Positions 9,787 through 19,322 of a stretch of 64,000 nt of DNA are shown here, in pieces. How positions within the stretch are numbered: position 1 is the first letter of the stretch; each line of letters starts with the position of its first letter. Source of the DNA: an uncultured Candidatus Binatia bacterium (GTDB lineage: Bacteria > Desulfobacterota > Binatia > UBA9968 > JAJDTQ01); the NCBI GenBank assembly GCA_965215605.1, contig OZ244070.1, positions 992,001 through 1,056,000 on the forward strand, read 5' to 3'. The notes beneath the pieces are model-generated. The model saw nothing but the letters and a program-made list of their open reading frames with translations. It was not told the origin of the DNA and ran no database searches. The position numbers and the translations under genes are program-made.

Positions 9787-11165
9787 CTCTCGCGCCTCAC
9801 CGGTGGGTGGCGTCCCTGGCCTGTGTGGCCGGGCTGGCGCTGGCCGTCGCGCCGGCGCCCGCCGGACTGCCGCCGGGCATACTGCCCGCGGCCGGGGTCG
9901 TGGTATTGTGCATCGGTCTGTGGGCCACCGCCGTCCTGCCCGAGTATCTGACCGCGGTCATCTTCTGCTTCCTGGCCGTGACCGTGGCCGGCGCTCCGCC
10001 GGAGGCGGTCTTCGCCGGTTTCTACTCAACCGCGGCCTGGCTCGTGTTCGGGGGGCTGATCGTTGCGGCTTCGGTGCAAGCCACCGGCCTCGGCGCCCGC
10101 ATCGCCAACGCCGCGGTGACCTACTTCGGCAACTCGTACCGTGGGTTCCTCTGGCGCATCGTCCTCACCGCCGCCCTCATGGGCTTCATCATGCCCTCCA
10201 ACATGGGCCGGGTGCTGGTCATGCTGCCCATCTTCCTGAGCATGGGGGAGCGGTTGGGTTTCGGCCCCGGCAGCAACGGCCGGACCGCCGTCACGCTGGC
10301 GGTGGCGGCCGGCAGCATCTTCCCGAGTTTCGGCATCCTGACGGCGGCGGTGCCCAACGTCGTCCTCCTGGGCGCGGCCGAGAGCATTCACGGGATCGAG
10401 ATCACCTACGGCGAGTATTTCCTGTTGAATTTCCCGGTCATCAGCGTCGTCAATCTGGTGGTGCTCCCCTTTCTGCTCGCGGCCCTTTTCCCGGACGAAC
10501 TCGAACCGGCTTCCGCGCCCGCCGCAAGCGCGCGGTGGACAGCGGCCGAACGCAACCTGGTGCTGATCCTGGCGGCGGCCCTGGCGCTCTGGCTGACGGA
10601 CCAATGGCACCGGACGTCTCCCGCATGGGTCGCGCTGGGAGCGGGGATCCTCTGTCTGTTGCCGCGGGTCGGCTGCATCCCTCCCACCTTCCTCACCGGG
10701 AAGGTCAATCTCGGCCCATGGCTCTTCATTTGCGGCATCATCGGCATGGGGTCGGTGGTCGTGCATAGCGGCTTGGGCGACTTGCTGGCCGGATGGCTGC
10801 TGGGACGGCTGCCCATGCAGCCCGGCCACGACTTCTTCAATCTCGCCGCCATGAGCGCCGTGGGCATGATCATCAGCATGGCCACCACGGTGCCGGGCGA
10901 GCCGGTCATTGCCGCCACCCTGGCCAAGGATATCAGCGCCGTCAGCGGCTGGCCCATCGCCACGGTGCTGCTGGCGCAGACCGTCAACTGGTCCATGGTG
11001 CCCTTCCCCTATGAGCTGCCGCCCATGGTGGTGGCCTCACGGATGGCCGGAATGGGCACCGGCCAGGCCACCCGGCTGCTGCTGGTCCTGACCCTGCTGG
11101 CCTGGGTGGTGACGCTGCCGCTTCATTTCGCCTGGCTCCGCCATTTGGGATACTTCGCGGGCTGA
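9783..11165 (+). CDS. SLC13/DASS-family anion permease
   Basis: Multi-pass hydrophobic protein, IMPS..GR and ILTAAVPN motifs; ATGA overlap with maiA stop. Confidence 0.8.
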   Translation: MTLAPHRWVASLACVAGLALAVAPAPAGLPPGILPAAGVVVLCIGLWATAVLPEYLTAVIFCFLAVTVAGAPPEAVFAGFYSTAAWLVFGGLIVAASVQATGLGARIANAAVTYFGNSYRGFLWRIVLTAALMGFIMPSNMGRVLVMLPIFLSMGERLGFGPGSNGRTAVTLAVAAGSIFPSFGILTAAVPNVVLLGAAESIHGIEITYGEYFLLNFPVISVVNLVVLPFLLAALFPDELEPASAPAASARWTAAERNLVLILAAALALWLTDQWHRTSPAWVALGAGILCLLPRVGCIPPTFLTGKVNLGPWLFICGIIGMGSVVVHSGLGDLLAGWLLGRLPMQPGHDFFNLAAMSAVGMIISMATTVPGEPVIAATLAKDISAVSGWPIATVLLAQTVNWSMVPFPYELPPMVVASRMAGMGTGQATRLLLVLTLLAWVVTLPLHFAWLRHLGYFAG

Positions 11166-11184
11166 CGGCGGACCGGACACCGGG

Positions 11185-11907
11185 ATGAGTTGGGAAACGG
11201 GACTCTACGCTTTCGCCGTGGTGCTGTCGGCCGCGAGCCTGCAGGGGATCACCGGGGCCGGCATGATGATCCTGTCGGTGCCGCCGCTGGTGGCAGCCCT
11301 GCCCGCCACCGTGGTGGTGCCGGGCATCGTCCTCCTCTACCTGCCCCTGGGACTGGCCCAGATCATCCAGCTCCGCCGGGACGTGGACCGGCGCCGTCTC
11401 GTTATCCTCGTGGTGAGTTCCGCCCTGATGGTGCCCCTGGGCGCCATGGTCCTGAGGGAGCTGGACACGGTCACCCTGCAACGCGGCATCGGCTGGCTGA
11501 TGATTGCCCTGGCGCTGCTGTTGCAGGTGAAGCCGGGCGCGCCCTTTGCGCGGGATTTCGCGCCCTGCGCGGGGGCCGGCCTGTTCGCCGGCTTCCTGGC
11601 CGCCAGCACTTCCGTTTCCGGCCCGCCACTGGTGCTGCTGGGGCTCAAGCAGCGTTGGGACCCGGCCCGCTTCCGCGCCACCCTGATCGCCTACTTCCTG
11701 ATCATCTCCGCCCTGTCCCTGCCGTTCTACTGGAAAATGGACCTGCTGACGCCCGTCACCTGGCGGCTGGTGCTCTACGGCCTCCCCGCCGTCGCCCTCG
11801 GCTACTTCACGGGAGGATGGCTCCGGGCGCGCGTCTCGGTGGCGGCGTTCCGCTGGCTCGCCACCGGCGTGGTGGTGGCCGGAGGCCTGGCCGCCGCGCT
11901 GCTCTGA
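11185..11907 (+). CDS. TauE/SafE-family exporter
   Basis: About 8 TM segments; QGITGAG and SVSGPP internal repeat. Confidence 0.82.
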   Translation: MSWETGLYAFAVVLSAASLQGITGAGMMILSVPPLVAALPATVVVPGIVLLYLPLGLAQIIQLRRDVDRRRLVILVVSSALMVPLGAMVLRELDTVTLQRGIGWLMIALALLLQVKPGAPFARDFAPCAGAGLFAGFLAASTSVSGPPLVLLGLKQRWDPARFRATLIAYFLIISALSLPFYWKMDLLTPVTWRLVLYGLPAVALGYFTGGWLRARVSVAAFRWLATGVVVAGGLAAALL

Positions 11908-11967
11908 ACGGGGTGCGCACGGGCCATGGCCCGCGGGGTTGAATGCGAATTCAGGGCATCGGCCCGG

Positions 11968-11996
11968 TTGACAACTCCATGGCGCGTTGGTAGAAG
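11968..11996 (+). promoter_or_regulatory. Putative sigma70 promoter
   Basis: TTGACA, 17 bp, TGn-TAGAAG, about 55 nt before the SBP start. Confidence 0.45.
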
Positions 11997-12051
11997 CGCC
12001 AAATTGAAGAAGGTCGAACGTCTATCCTCAATCACCGGAAGGGAGACAGTT

Positions 12052-13584
12052 ATGCGAGATCGTTTACGGACCACATTCCTGGCGCTGCTCGTCGCGGCGC
12101 TGGCCCTGTGCCTCACCGCCACGGTGTCGTTGGCGCAGAAAAAGACCCGGGTGACCATCGGCGTCACCGAGACCATGGAGACCCACAACCCCTACGGCGA
12201 CAGCGTGGCGCTGCTCTACGGAATCTACACCGAACTGGCGGGCCCCCTGTGCAAGTACAACTGGAACGACGGTAAATGGGAGCCGCGTCTGGCCAAGAGC
12301 TGGAAGGTCGTGGACCCCAATACCTGGGTGTTCGAGCTGGACCAGCGCTACAAGTTCAACGACGGCAGCCCGGTGACGGCCCACGACATCGCTCACTCCA
12401 TCTGGCGCATCCTCAACGATCCCCAGAGCAAGCAGAAGGCATCCGTGGCCCGCCCGGTCAAGGAGGTCAAGGCGCTCAGCGACTTCAGCGTGCAGATCAC
12501 CACCAAGAAACCCACGGCGCCGCTGCTGGACTTCCTCTGTGACGGCCTGATCATCACCAGCAAGGCGGTGTACGACAAGCACGGCGCGGCGGAGGCCGAC
12601 CGGAAGCACCACATGGGTGGCGGCCCCTACGAGCTGGTGGAGCTGGTGCAGGGTCAGCGCATGGTCATCCGGAAGCGGCCCGATCACCCGGCCATGTCGC
12701 GGAATCCCGACGCGCCGGACGAAGTCGTCTTCCGCGTCATGCGCGAGACCGAGCAACGGCTGGCCGCCCTCCTGAACAACGAGGTGCAGGTCGCGCAGCT
12801 CATTCCGCCGCATCTGATGAAGACGGTGGAAGCCTCTCCGAAACACAAGATCGCGAAGGTCCAATCCCTCGTGCTCATGTTCCTGGCCATGCAGCCCAAA
12901 CCGCCCTTCGACAAGAAGGAAGTGCGCCAGGCGGTGTGCTACGCCATCGACCGGGACAAGATCATCAAGACCCTGCTGCAGGGGCAGGCGCAACGGCTCG
13001 ACGGCCCCCTCGGTCCCGGACAGTTGGGATACAACCCGAACCTCAAGACCCGTTACACTTACGACCCCAAGAAGGCGCGCGAACTGCTGGCCAAGGCCGG
13101 CTACCCCGACGGCGGCGTCGAGGTGGAGCTGCAGACCCCCGTGGGCCGCTACATTCTGGACAAGCAGGTGACCGAATCCATGATCCCGATGCTCAACGCC
13201 GCGGGTTTCAAGGCCAAGCTGCGGACGCCGGAGTGGCCCACCCTCTGGGCCAACGTCCAGAAGGGCAAGGTGCCGTTCTTCTACATGGGCCGTGGCGGCG
13301 TTCTCGATCCGAGCTCGGCGTTCCACCAGTACTTCAGAAAGGGCGGCTCGCCGCGGATCGGCTTCTCCCATCCCGACATCGATGCGGCCCTTGACAAGGA
13401 ACAACAGGAATTCGATCCGGAGAAACGGAACAAGTACCTCAGCGAAGCCATGGAATTGATCACCGACATGGCGCCGGCCTGCTTCCAATGGCGGCACGAG
13501 TTCCTGTGGGGCTTGGCGAATGACATCGACTATCAACCCCCGGCCGATTCCCGCATCTACGGCATGGACATCCGGGTGAAGTAG
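12052..13584 (+). CDS. ABC substrate-binding protein family 5 (DppA/OppA-like)
   Basis: Signal peptide, LAKSW, KFNDGSPVTAHD, VRQAVCYAIDR, YDPKKARELLAKAGY. Confidence 0.92.
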   Translation: MRDRLRTTFLALLVAALALCLTATVSLAQKKTRVTIGVTETMETHNPYGDSVALLYGIYTELAGPLCKYNWNDGKWEPRLAKSWKVVDPNTWVFELDQRYKFNDGSPVTAHDIAHSIWRILNDPQSKQKASVARPVKEVKALSDFSVQITTKKPTAPLLDFLCDGLIITSKAVYDKHGAAEADRKHHMGGGPYELVELVQGQRMVIRKRPDHPAMSRNPDAPDEVVFRVMRETEQRLAALLNNEVQVAQLIPPHLMKTVEASPKHKIAKVQSLVLMFLAMQPKPPFDKKEVRQAVCYAIDRDKIIKTLLQGQAQRLDGPLGPGQLGYNPNLKTRYTYDPKKARELLAKAGYPDGGVEVELQTPVGRYILDKQVTESMIPMLNAAGFKAKLRTPEWPTLWANVQKGKVPFFYMGRGGVLDPSSAFHQYFRKGGSPRIGFSHPDIDAALDKEQQEFDPEKRNKYLSEAMELITDMAPACFQWRHEFLWGLANDIDYQPPADSRIYGMDIRVK

Positions 13585-13606
13585 CGGGACCGGTTCCCGC
13601 AAGCGA

Positions 13607-13650
13607 AGAGAGGGGCATGCTTCCGGCTGCGGCGGCATGCCCCTCTTTAT
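13607..13650 (+). terminator. Intrinsic terminator-like hairpin
   Basis: 12-bp stem AGAGGGGCATGC / GCATGCCCCTCT followed by TTATT. Confidence 0.6.
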
Positions 13651-13680
13651 TGTCTTGAAAAACCTTTCATGGAGGCGTTC

Positions 13681-14583
13681 ATGAAACCCCGATTCCGCGG
13701 AATCTTCATTCCGACCCTCACCACCTTCGACGACGACGGCGAGCCGGATTTCGACCTCCTCGGCGAGATGCTGGAGTTCCACATCGCGGCCGGGGTGCAT
13801 GGGCTCTTCGTCCTCGGTTCCACCGGCATGGGGCCGGTCATGACCACGGAGCAGCGCGTCGCCACCGCGGAATTCGTCATGGAGCGGGTACGAGGACGTC
13901 TCCCAGTCATCATGCACGCCGGCGCGGCCGACGTGCAGACGACCATCCGGCTCGCCCTCCACGCCCAAGGGCTGGGCGTGGAGGCCGTGGCCGTGGTGCC
14001 GCCCTACTACTTTACCGACCACACTCCGTGGGAGATCACCGCGCACTACAAGGCGGTGGCGGAGGCGGTCAACGGCACCCCACTGTTTCTGTACGACAAC
14101 GTCAAGTACTCCGGCTGGGCCTTCACCCCGCCGACGGCCAAGGCACTGCAGCGGGAAGTTCCCTCGCTGTGCGGGATGAAGGCGAGCTACTACGCCCAGG
14201 GACCTCTGCTGGGGTACCTGGAGGCCATGCCCGCGGACTTCGCGGTGATGTCGGGAAACAGCATCGACCTCCTGCCGGCTACGCCCCACGGACTGAGCGG
14301 AGCCATCCCGCCGCTGACCAGCGCCATCCCGGAGATCTGCGCGGCGCTTTGGGAGGCCCTGGATCGGAAGGACTACGACCGGGCGGTTCCGTTGCAGAAG
14401 AAAGCGGATGACTTCGGCCGGACCATTGGCCGCCTGGGACAGCGTTTCGGCCGCAGCGCCCACCGGGAGGCGATGCGGGCGCGCGGCTTCAAGATCAAGC
14501 GCTACCCGCGCTGGCCTTCCGAGGAACTCACCGAGGAAGCCATGCAGACCGTCGCGGACGCCTTGAAGGCCACCGGCCTCTGA
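13681..14583 (+). CDS. DapA/NanA-family Schiff-base aldolase or dehydratase
   Basis: GSTG, PPYY, LYDN, GMKAS (catalytic Lys); GGAGG RBS. Confidence 0.87.
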   Translation: MKPRFRGIFIPTLTTFDDDGEPDFDLLGEMLEFHIAAGVHGLFVLGSTGMGPVMTTEQRVATAEFVMERVRGRLPVIMHAGAADVQTTIRLALHAQGLGVEAVAVVPPYYFTDHTPWEITAHYKAVAEAVNGTPLFLYDNVKYSGWAFTPPTAKALQREVPSLCGMKASYYAQGPLLGYLEAMPADFAVMSGNSIDLLPATPHGLSGAIPPLTSAIPEICAALWEALDRKDYDRAVPLQKKADDFGRTIGRLGQRFGRSAHREAMRARGFKIKRYPRWPSEELTEEAMQTVADALKATGL

Positions 14584-14612
14584 CGGTCCGCGCGTCGCCT
14601 GAGGCTGTACCT

Positions 14613-15041
14613 TCAGGCTTTCTGTTTGGCGGCGGCCTCCGGCGGCTCGAGATCCCAGCCGCTGGTGGACATGTCCATGATCACACCGTGGGGACCCCGC
14701 ACCTTCTGCTCGAAGTAGAAGCTGTGATGCGAGCCCACGGTGTCGCCCAGCAGTTCCGCCTCCGTCCCGTCCAGCCGCGCCTTGGCCTCTTCGAGGTCGT
14801 CCACCTGAAACCCCATGTGATGGAGTCCCTCGTAACCGGCTCCGCCCACCATATCCGCCGCCTCGTCGGAAGGGTAGTTCAGAAACGCGAAGTTGATGTG
14901 TCCGTCGGAGAGGAACACGCCGCCGCCACGGGGCGAGTCCGGCACCTGCTTGACGAACTTGAGACCGAAAACCTTCTGGTAGAAGGCCGCGGTCTTCTCC
15001 GGATCCTTGGTCGCGATCGCGATATGCCTCAGGCGTGCCAT
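14613..15041 (-). CDS. VOC/glyoxalase-family protein
   Basis: RLRHIAI, LSDGHIN, GLHHMGFQVDD. Confidence 0.87.
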   Translation of the reverse strand: MARLRHIAIATKDPEKTAAFYQKVFGLKFVKQVPDSPRGGGVFLSDGHINFAFLNYPSDEAADMVGGAGYEGLHHMGFQVDDLEEAKARLDGTEAELLGDTVGSHHSFYFEQKVRGPHGVIMDMSTSGWDLEPPEAAAKQKA

Positions 15042-15088
15042 TCGTCACCCTTTCCCGTCAGGGCGTGCGCGCGGCACGCCGTAGCCAA

Positions 15089-15796
15089 TCAGTGGATCGA
15101 TTCCATCTCCCGGGCGATGCCGCCCAGGAACACCTGCCAGAACTCCAGCGACTGCCGCGACGCGTCCAGGATACCCTCCCACTGAACGTCGGTCCTGGCG
15201 TAGTCCGCCAGCAGCTTCATGGTCTGGCCCTTGTGATCGGTATCGGCTTCGCGATGGAGCCTGAAGTTCGGAAGCTGCTCCTCGGTCAGGCCGAGATCCC
15301 GCATCCAGCGCGCCTGGGCGCGGGTCTGGTGCGCGCCGCCGGGGATGATCGGATCCAGGTTGACCCGTTCCAGCACCGCCACTCCGCCGAGGCCTTCCAG
15401 CCAGGACAGATTGAAGGCGAGCCACGTCCAGCCGCAAAGCGCCGCCCGGGTGGACGGCAGCGGACGCGCGTTGTGCACCTCGTCCGCGGTCAGGCCCACG
15501 GCCTCGCCGTGCCGCACCCACAGGGTGTAGTGGTCGGAGCCGCAACGGGGATCGAAGAGCATCTCCTCGGTCTCGTGGGCCAGGAGCTCCTTCTTGATCT
15601 CCATGTGCGGGCAGCGCGCGATGAGGTAGGCCCACGCCGACCGCCTGCCGCGCACGAACAGACCGAACTGCTGCGCGATGATCCGCGCCCGCGGAATGGT
15701 CAACGGGAGGTTGTAGAAGCTTTCCGCCTCCGCGGTGGCGAAGGTGTCCCGTGTCATCTGGTTCAACATCTCGTCGTAGTCTGCCAGCTCGTTCAT
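15089..15796 (-). CDS. Heme-oxygenase-like diiron protein (CADD/PqqC/TenA fold), copy 3
   Basis: HETEE..SDH, VLER, HREADTDH give the E/H/E/H/D/H ligand pattern of CADD-type enzymes. Confidence 0.8.
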   Translation of the reverse strand: MNELADYDEMLNQMTRDTFATAEAESFYNLPLTIPRARIIAQQFGLFVRGRRSAWAYLIARCPHMEIKKELLAHETEEMLFDPRCGSDHYTLWVRHGEAVGLTADEVHNARPLPSTRAALCGWTWLAFNLSWLEGLGGVAVLERVNLDPIIPGGAHQTRAQARWMRDLGLTEEQLPNFRLHREADTDHKGQTMKLLADYARTDVQWEGILDASRQSLEFWQVFLGGIAREMESIH

Positions 15797-15809
15797 GGCC
15801 CCGTCCCCT

Positions 15810-16526
15810 TCAGGCATCCGCCGGTATGCGCTCCATGGCGTCGGCGATGCCGGCGCGATAGATGGTCAGAAGCTCCAGGGACTCCTTGACCGCCTGCAGC
15901 GCCTGCTCCTGCAACGCACCCGTGGCAAGCCTGGACAGATCCGGCAGGAACATGTCGCTGTGCTCCTCGTCCGCCTGGGAGTGGACTTCGAAGTTGGGCA
16001 TGTCCTTCATCTTGATGCCCATGTCCTCGATCCAGCGGCGCGCCATGCGGGTGGAGTTGCCGCCGCCCTGATCCATCAGCAGCCGGTCGTCGTTGCACCA
16101 CTCCGTCACCGTCAGCGCCGCCAACCCTTCCAGCCAGGGCTTCTCGCGGGTGATCCAGGCCCAGCCGTAGAGCGTCGCGCGGGTGGTGGGAATGGGTTCC
16201 GCCTTGAGGATGTCGTCCACGCCGAGGCCCACCGACCGGCCCTGCTTGAGGATCAGGCTGATGTGCCCGTGCTCGGAATACTCGTCCTTGATCACCTCGC
16301 CGTACTCGTGCTGCAGGATCTTCTGCTTCACCGGCCACTCGGGGCAGTTTCCCGAAACATGGGCCCAGCAATCGCGGCGATGCCGCACGAAGTGGGCGAG
16401 TTCCCTGATCACGACCTGCGCGCGCAACGGCGTCTGCCTGATGGAATAGTACCGGCTCAAGGTGTCGGAAGCCATGTGGTCCCGGACCATGTCGCCGATC
16501 GCCTTGCGCCATCCCTTGACGTCCAT
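15810..16526 (-). CDS. Heme-oxygenase-like diiron protein, copy 2
   Basis: HEYGE..HGH, VTEW, HSQADEEH; GGAGG RBS. Confidence 0.8.
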   Translation of the reverse strand: MDVKGWRKAIGDMVRDHMASDTLSRYYSIRQTPLRAQVVIRELAHFVRHRRDCWAHVSGNCPEWPVKQKILQHEYGEVIKDEYSEHGHISLILKQGRSVGLGVDDILKAEPIPTTRATLYGWAWITREKPWLEGLAALTVTEWCNDDRLLMDQGGGNSTRMARRWIEDMGIKMKDMPNFEVHSQADEEHSDMFLPDLSRLATGALQEQALQAVKESLELLTIYRAGIADAMERIPADA

Positions 16527-16548
16527 TTCGATCCTCCCCCGATGACAC

Positions 16549-18162
16549 TCAGAACCCGATGGCGCAGCCGTCCTTGCGCGGATCGGACGCGCCCATGAGA
16601 ACCCCGCTTCCGGGCTCCACCACGATGGCGTTGGCGCCCCCGAAGCTCTCGGGCGTCCCGGAAACCACCCGGTGCCCCCGGGCCTCCAGACCGTTGACCG
16701 CTTCGCCGGAGAAACCCGGTTCCAGCGACACTTCGACGCCGGACAGGTGATTGAACCGGGGCGCGGCCAGGGCTTCCTGTGCCGTCATGTCGAAATCCAC
16801 CACATTGGCGATGATCTGACTCTGGACCTGCGCCTGCACGTGGCCGCCCTTGAGTCCCGCCACCAGGACGGGCGCCCCTCCCCGGCAGACCATTCCGGGC
16901 ATCAGCGTATGGCTGGGGCGCTTGCGGGGTGCAAGGCAATTGGGATGCCCGGGGTCCAGATTGAACATGTGCCCTCGGTTCTGGAGAATGATGCCCGTGT
17001 CCTCCACCGCCACCCCGGAGCCGAAGCCCATGAACAGGCTCTGGATGAAGGAGACCCGGTTGCCCCGGCGGTCGGCGACGGCGATGTATTCGGTGTCTCC
17101 CGGAAGCGGCGCCGGGGCCACCTCCACGGCTGCCTCGCGCGCGGAAAGCCCGTCTCTCATGGCACGGAGACGTGTCTCGGACAGGAGGTCCCGCAGGCTT
17201 ACGGTCATGCTCTCGCGGTCGGCGAGATGCCGGTCGCGATCTGCAAAGGCGCGCTTCTTCGCCTCGATGAACAGGTGAAGATAGTCGGCGCCGTTGTGCT
17301 CGAGGGAAGACAGCTCATGGCCCTCCAGGATCTTCAGCATCTCCAGGGCCACGAAACCCTGGGTGGCCGGCGGCAACTGGTAGACCTCGTAACCGCGATA
17401 GTTGACGTGGATGGGATCGACCCATTCCGAGGCGTGCTCCTCCATGTCGCGCATGCTGAAGGTGCCGCCGAGCTTCCGCGAGCAACGCACCAGCTTCTCC
17501 GCCGCCGCTCCGCGATAGAAGAACTCCACTCCTCCCCCGGCGATGCCGCGCATCGTCCGGGCCAGGTCCGGCTGCCGGAACAGTTCTCCAGGCCGTGGAG
17601 CGCGGTCACCGACCAGATAGCCCGCCGCCGCTTCCGGGTTCTTTCTCAGCTTGCCCTCGAGGTTGCGCCACTCGCGGCTGGTAAACGCGCTCACCGGGAA
17701 GCCCTCCTCGGCGTAGCGGATGGCAGGGTCGAGAAGATCCCCAAGCGCGCGCGTGCCGTGCTCCCTGAGCAGCGTCTCCCAGCCATGCACCGCGCCCGGC
17801 ACGGTTACCGAATGGATCCCGCTCTGGGGGACCTCATGAAGGCCCTGCGCGCGAAAGACTTCCGCATCGACACCGCCGGGCGAGCGGCCACTGGCGTCGA
17901 GGGCCTTCATCTCGCCGGTCTCGGCGACATAGAGCAGGGCGAAGGCGTCGCCGCCGATGCCGATGGACATGGGCTCGAGCACGCCGAGCATGGCGGCGAC
18001 GGCAACGGCCGCATCCACCGCGTTGCCGCCCTGTGACAGGACCTGGACGCCCACCAGCGAAGCGAGCCGCTGGCTGCAGGCGACCATGCCGTTCGTGCCC
18101 ATGACCGTATCCATGATGCCGTCCGGAAAGATCCGTCCTCCGCTCGCGCCGTCAGAGCCCAT
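16549..18162 (-). CDS. ggt: Gamma-glutamyltransferase / Ntn-hydrolase
   Basis: GGNAVDAAVA, GIGGDAF, VPGAV, GDT nucleophile, GFGSG, KRPSHT, SDPRKDG. Confidence 0.92.
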   Translation of the reverse strand: MGSDGASGGRIFPDGIMDTVMGTNGMVACSQRLASLVGVQVLSQGGNAVDAAVAVAAMLGVLEPMSIGIGGDAFALLYVAETGEMKALDASGRSPGGVDAEVFRAQGLHEVPQSGIHSVTVPGAVHGWETLLREHGTRALGDLLDPAIRYAEEGFPVSAFTSREWRNLEGKLRKNPEAAAGYLVGDRAPRPGELFRQPDLARTMRGIAGGGVEFFYRGAAAEKLVRCSRKLGGTFSMRDMEEHASEWVDPIHVNYRGYEVYQLPPATQGFVALEMLKILEGHELSSLEHNGADYLHLFIEAKKRAFADRDRHLADRESMTVSLRDLLSETRLRAMRDGLSAREAAVEVAPAPLPGDTEYIAVADRRGNRVSFIQSLFMGFGSGVAVEDTGIILQNRGHMFNLDPGHPNCLAPRKRPSHTLMPGMVCRGGAPVLVAGLKGGHVQAQVQSQIIANVVDFDMTAQEALAAPRFNHLSGVEVSLEPGFSGEAVNGLEARGHRVVSGTPESFGGANAIVVEPGSGVLMGASDPRKDGCAIGF

Positions 18163-18170
18163 GCCGCGGG

Positions 18171-18869
18171 TTACGCGGCCCGGTCCTCCGGCGCATCCCT
18201 CATCGCGGACCCCAGCGCCCCCCGGTAGGCGCGGTCCAGGGCCAGGCAATCCCGGGCCGCCCGGATGACGGCGGCTCCGGTATCCGCGTCGCGCACGTAC
18301 TTCTCCAACACCGGATCGAACATGTCAGAGTGGCCGATGTCGGCGGTCATGTGGAGTTGCGTGTTGGCGTCGAGCTTCTCCACCGAGCCGACGATCTCCC
18401 GGGCCTTTTTCATGGCCATGCGGTGCGTGAAGCCGCCGCCCTTGACGATCTCGTTGTTGTTCTTGCGTTCGGTGGTGTGGTTGATCATCAGGCTCTCGAT
18501 CCACGACCGTGTCGAGCACAGGTGGAACCAGGCCCAGAAAGCGGCCCGCGCCCCGGGCAATAGGTTGGCCTCGTCCGTCGCCACGGCCATGTCGTCGTCC
18601 GTCAGATGCGCCGCGCCCAGCCGCTCGTCGAAGATCAACTCGTCCTTCTCGTGCTCCCAGATGGCCCGCTTGACGTCCAACGGAGCCTTGCCCGAGGCCG
18701 CCGCCCAGCAGTCGCGCCGGCTCTTGATGTAGTGCGGGTAGTGAAGATCCAGGATGGCCTGGCGGGCCGGCGTAAGCCGGACGCCGAAGATGCGCCGGTA
18801 CTCCGCGCTCTCGAAGTGCCGGTTCACCATCTCATCGATGACAACACGCGCCTTGGACCACTCGCTCAT
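18171..18869 (-). CDS. Heme-oxygenase-like diiron protein, copy 1 (most divergent)
   Basis: RRDCW, HEKDE..AAH, TTER, HMTADIGH; GGAGG RBS. Confidence 0.72.
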   Translation of the reverse strand: MSEWSKARVVIDEMVNRHFESAEYRRIFGVRLTPARQAILDLHYPHYIKSRRDCWAAASGKAPLDVKRAIWEHEKDELIFDERLGAAHLTDDDMAVATDEANLLPGARAAFWAWFHLCSTRSWIESLMINHTTERKNNNEIVKGGGFTHRMAMKKAREIVGSVEKLDANTQLHMTADIGHSDMFDPVLEKYVRDADTGAAVIRAARDCLALDRAYRGALGSAMRDAPEDRAA

Positions 18870-18939
18870 GAGAACCTCCGCTCGGACTCACCCGCCGTCA
18901 TGTCCCGGGGCCCACCCGCGGACTCCGGCCCCCGACGGC

Positions 18940-19278
18940 TCAAACGGGCCAACCGTGCTCGGACACGTCCACGCGGTTCTCTTCGGGGTCCGTGATCCAG
19001 CTTTCCGCGATGGCGCCGTAGGTGTTGGCGTTGGCGGTCTTTTGCACCGACTCCTCGATGGCCTTGACACTGTCCACCACGAACCCGAAGTGATGGATGC
19101 CGTAGGGCAGGTTCGGACTGCTGATGAGCGCCACGTCCACGAAACCATCCGACAGATAGATGGTGCCGTTGGGTCCGCGCGACTTCTCCTCCAGCCCGAA
19201 GTGCTCCTTGTAGTAGTCCGCCATCTTGTCGCGGTCGTGCGTGTTGATGGCGATGTGTCGAATCCTGGGCTTTGCCAT
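18940..19278 (-). CDS. VOC/glyoxalase-family protein
   Basis: RIRHIAI, YLSDG, GIHHFGFVVD, DPEEN; GGAG RBS. Confidence 0.85.
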   Translation of the reverse strand: MAKPRIRHIAINTHDRDKMADYYKEHFGLEEKSRGPNGTIYLSDGFVDVALISSPNLPYGIHHFGFVVDSVKAIEESVQKTANANTYGAIAESWITDPEENRVDVSEHGWPV

Positions 19279-19322
19279 GAGCCTTCTCCTTCTCCGGTAT
19301 GACGTTGCGGGCCGCCAGGGCC

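Noticed and set aside
9036-11165. 709-aa MaiA-permease fusion
   Set aside because: The upstream part overlaps maiA in another frame; the permease starts at the ATGA overlap at 9783
15089-18869. PQQ biosynthesis or thiamine salvage assignment for the helical proteins
   Set aside because: No pqqABDE or thi genes nearby, and the carboxylate/His diiron ligand pattern fits CADD-like oxidases better
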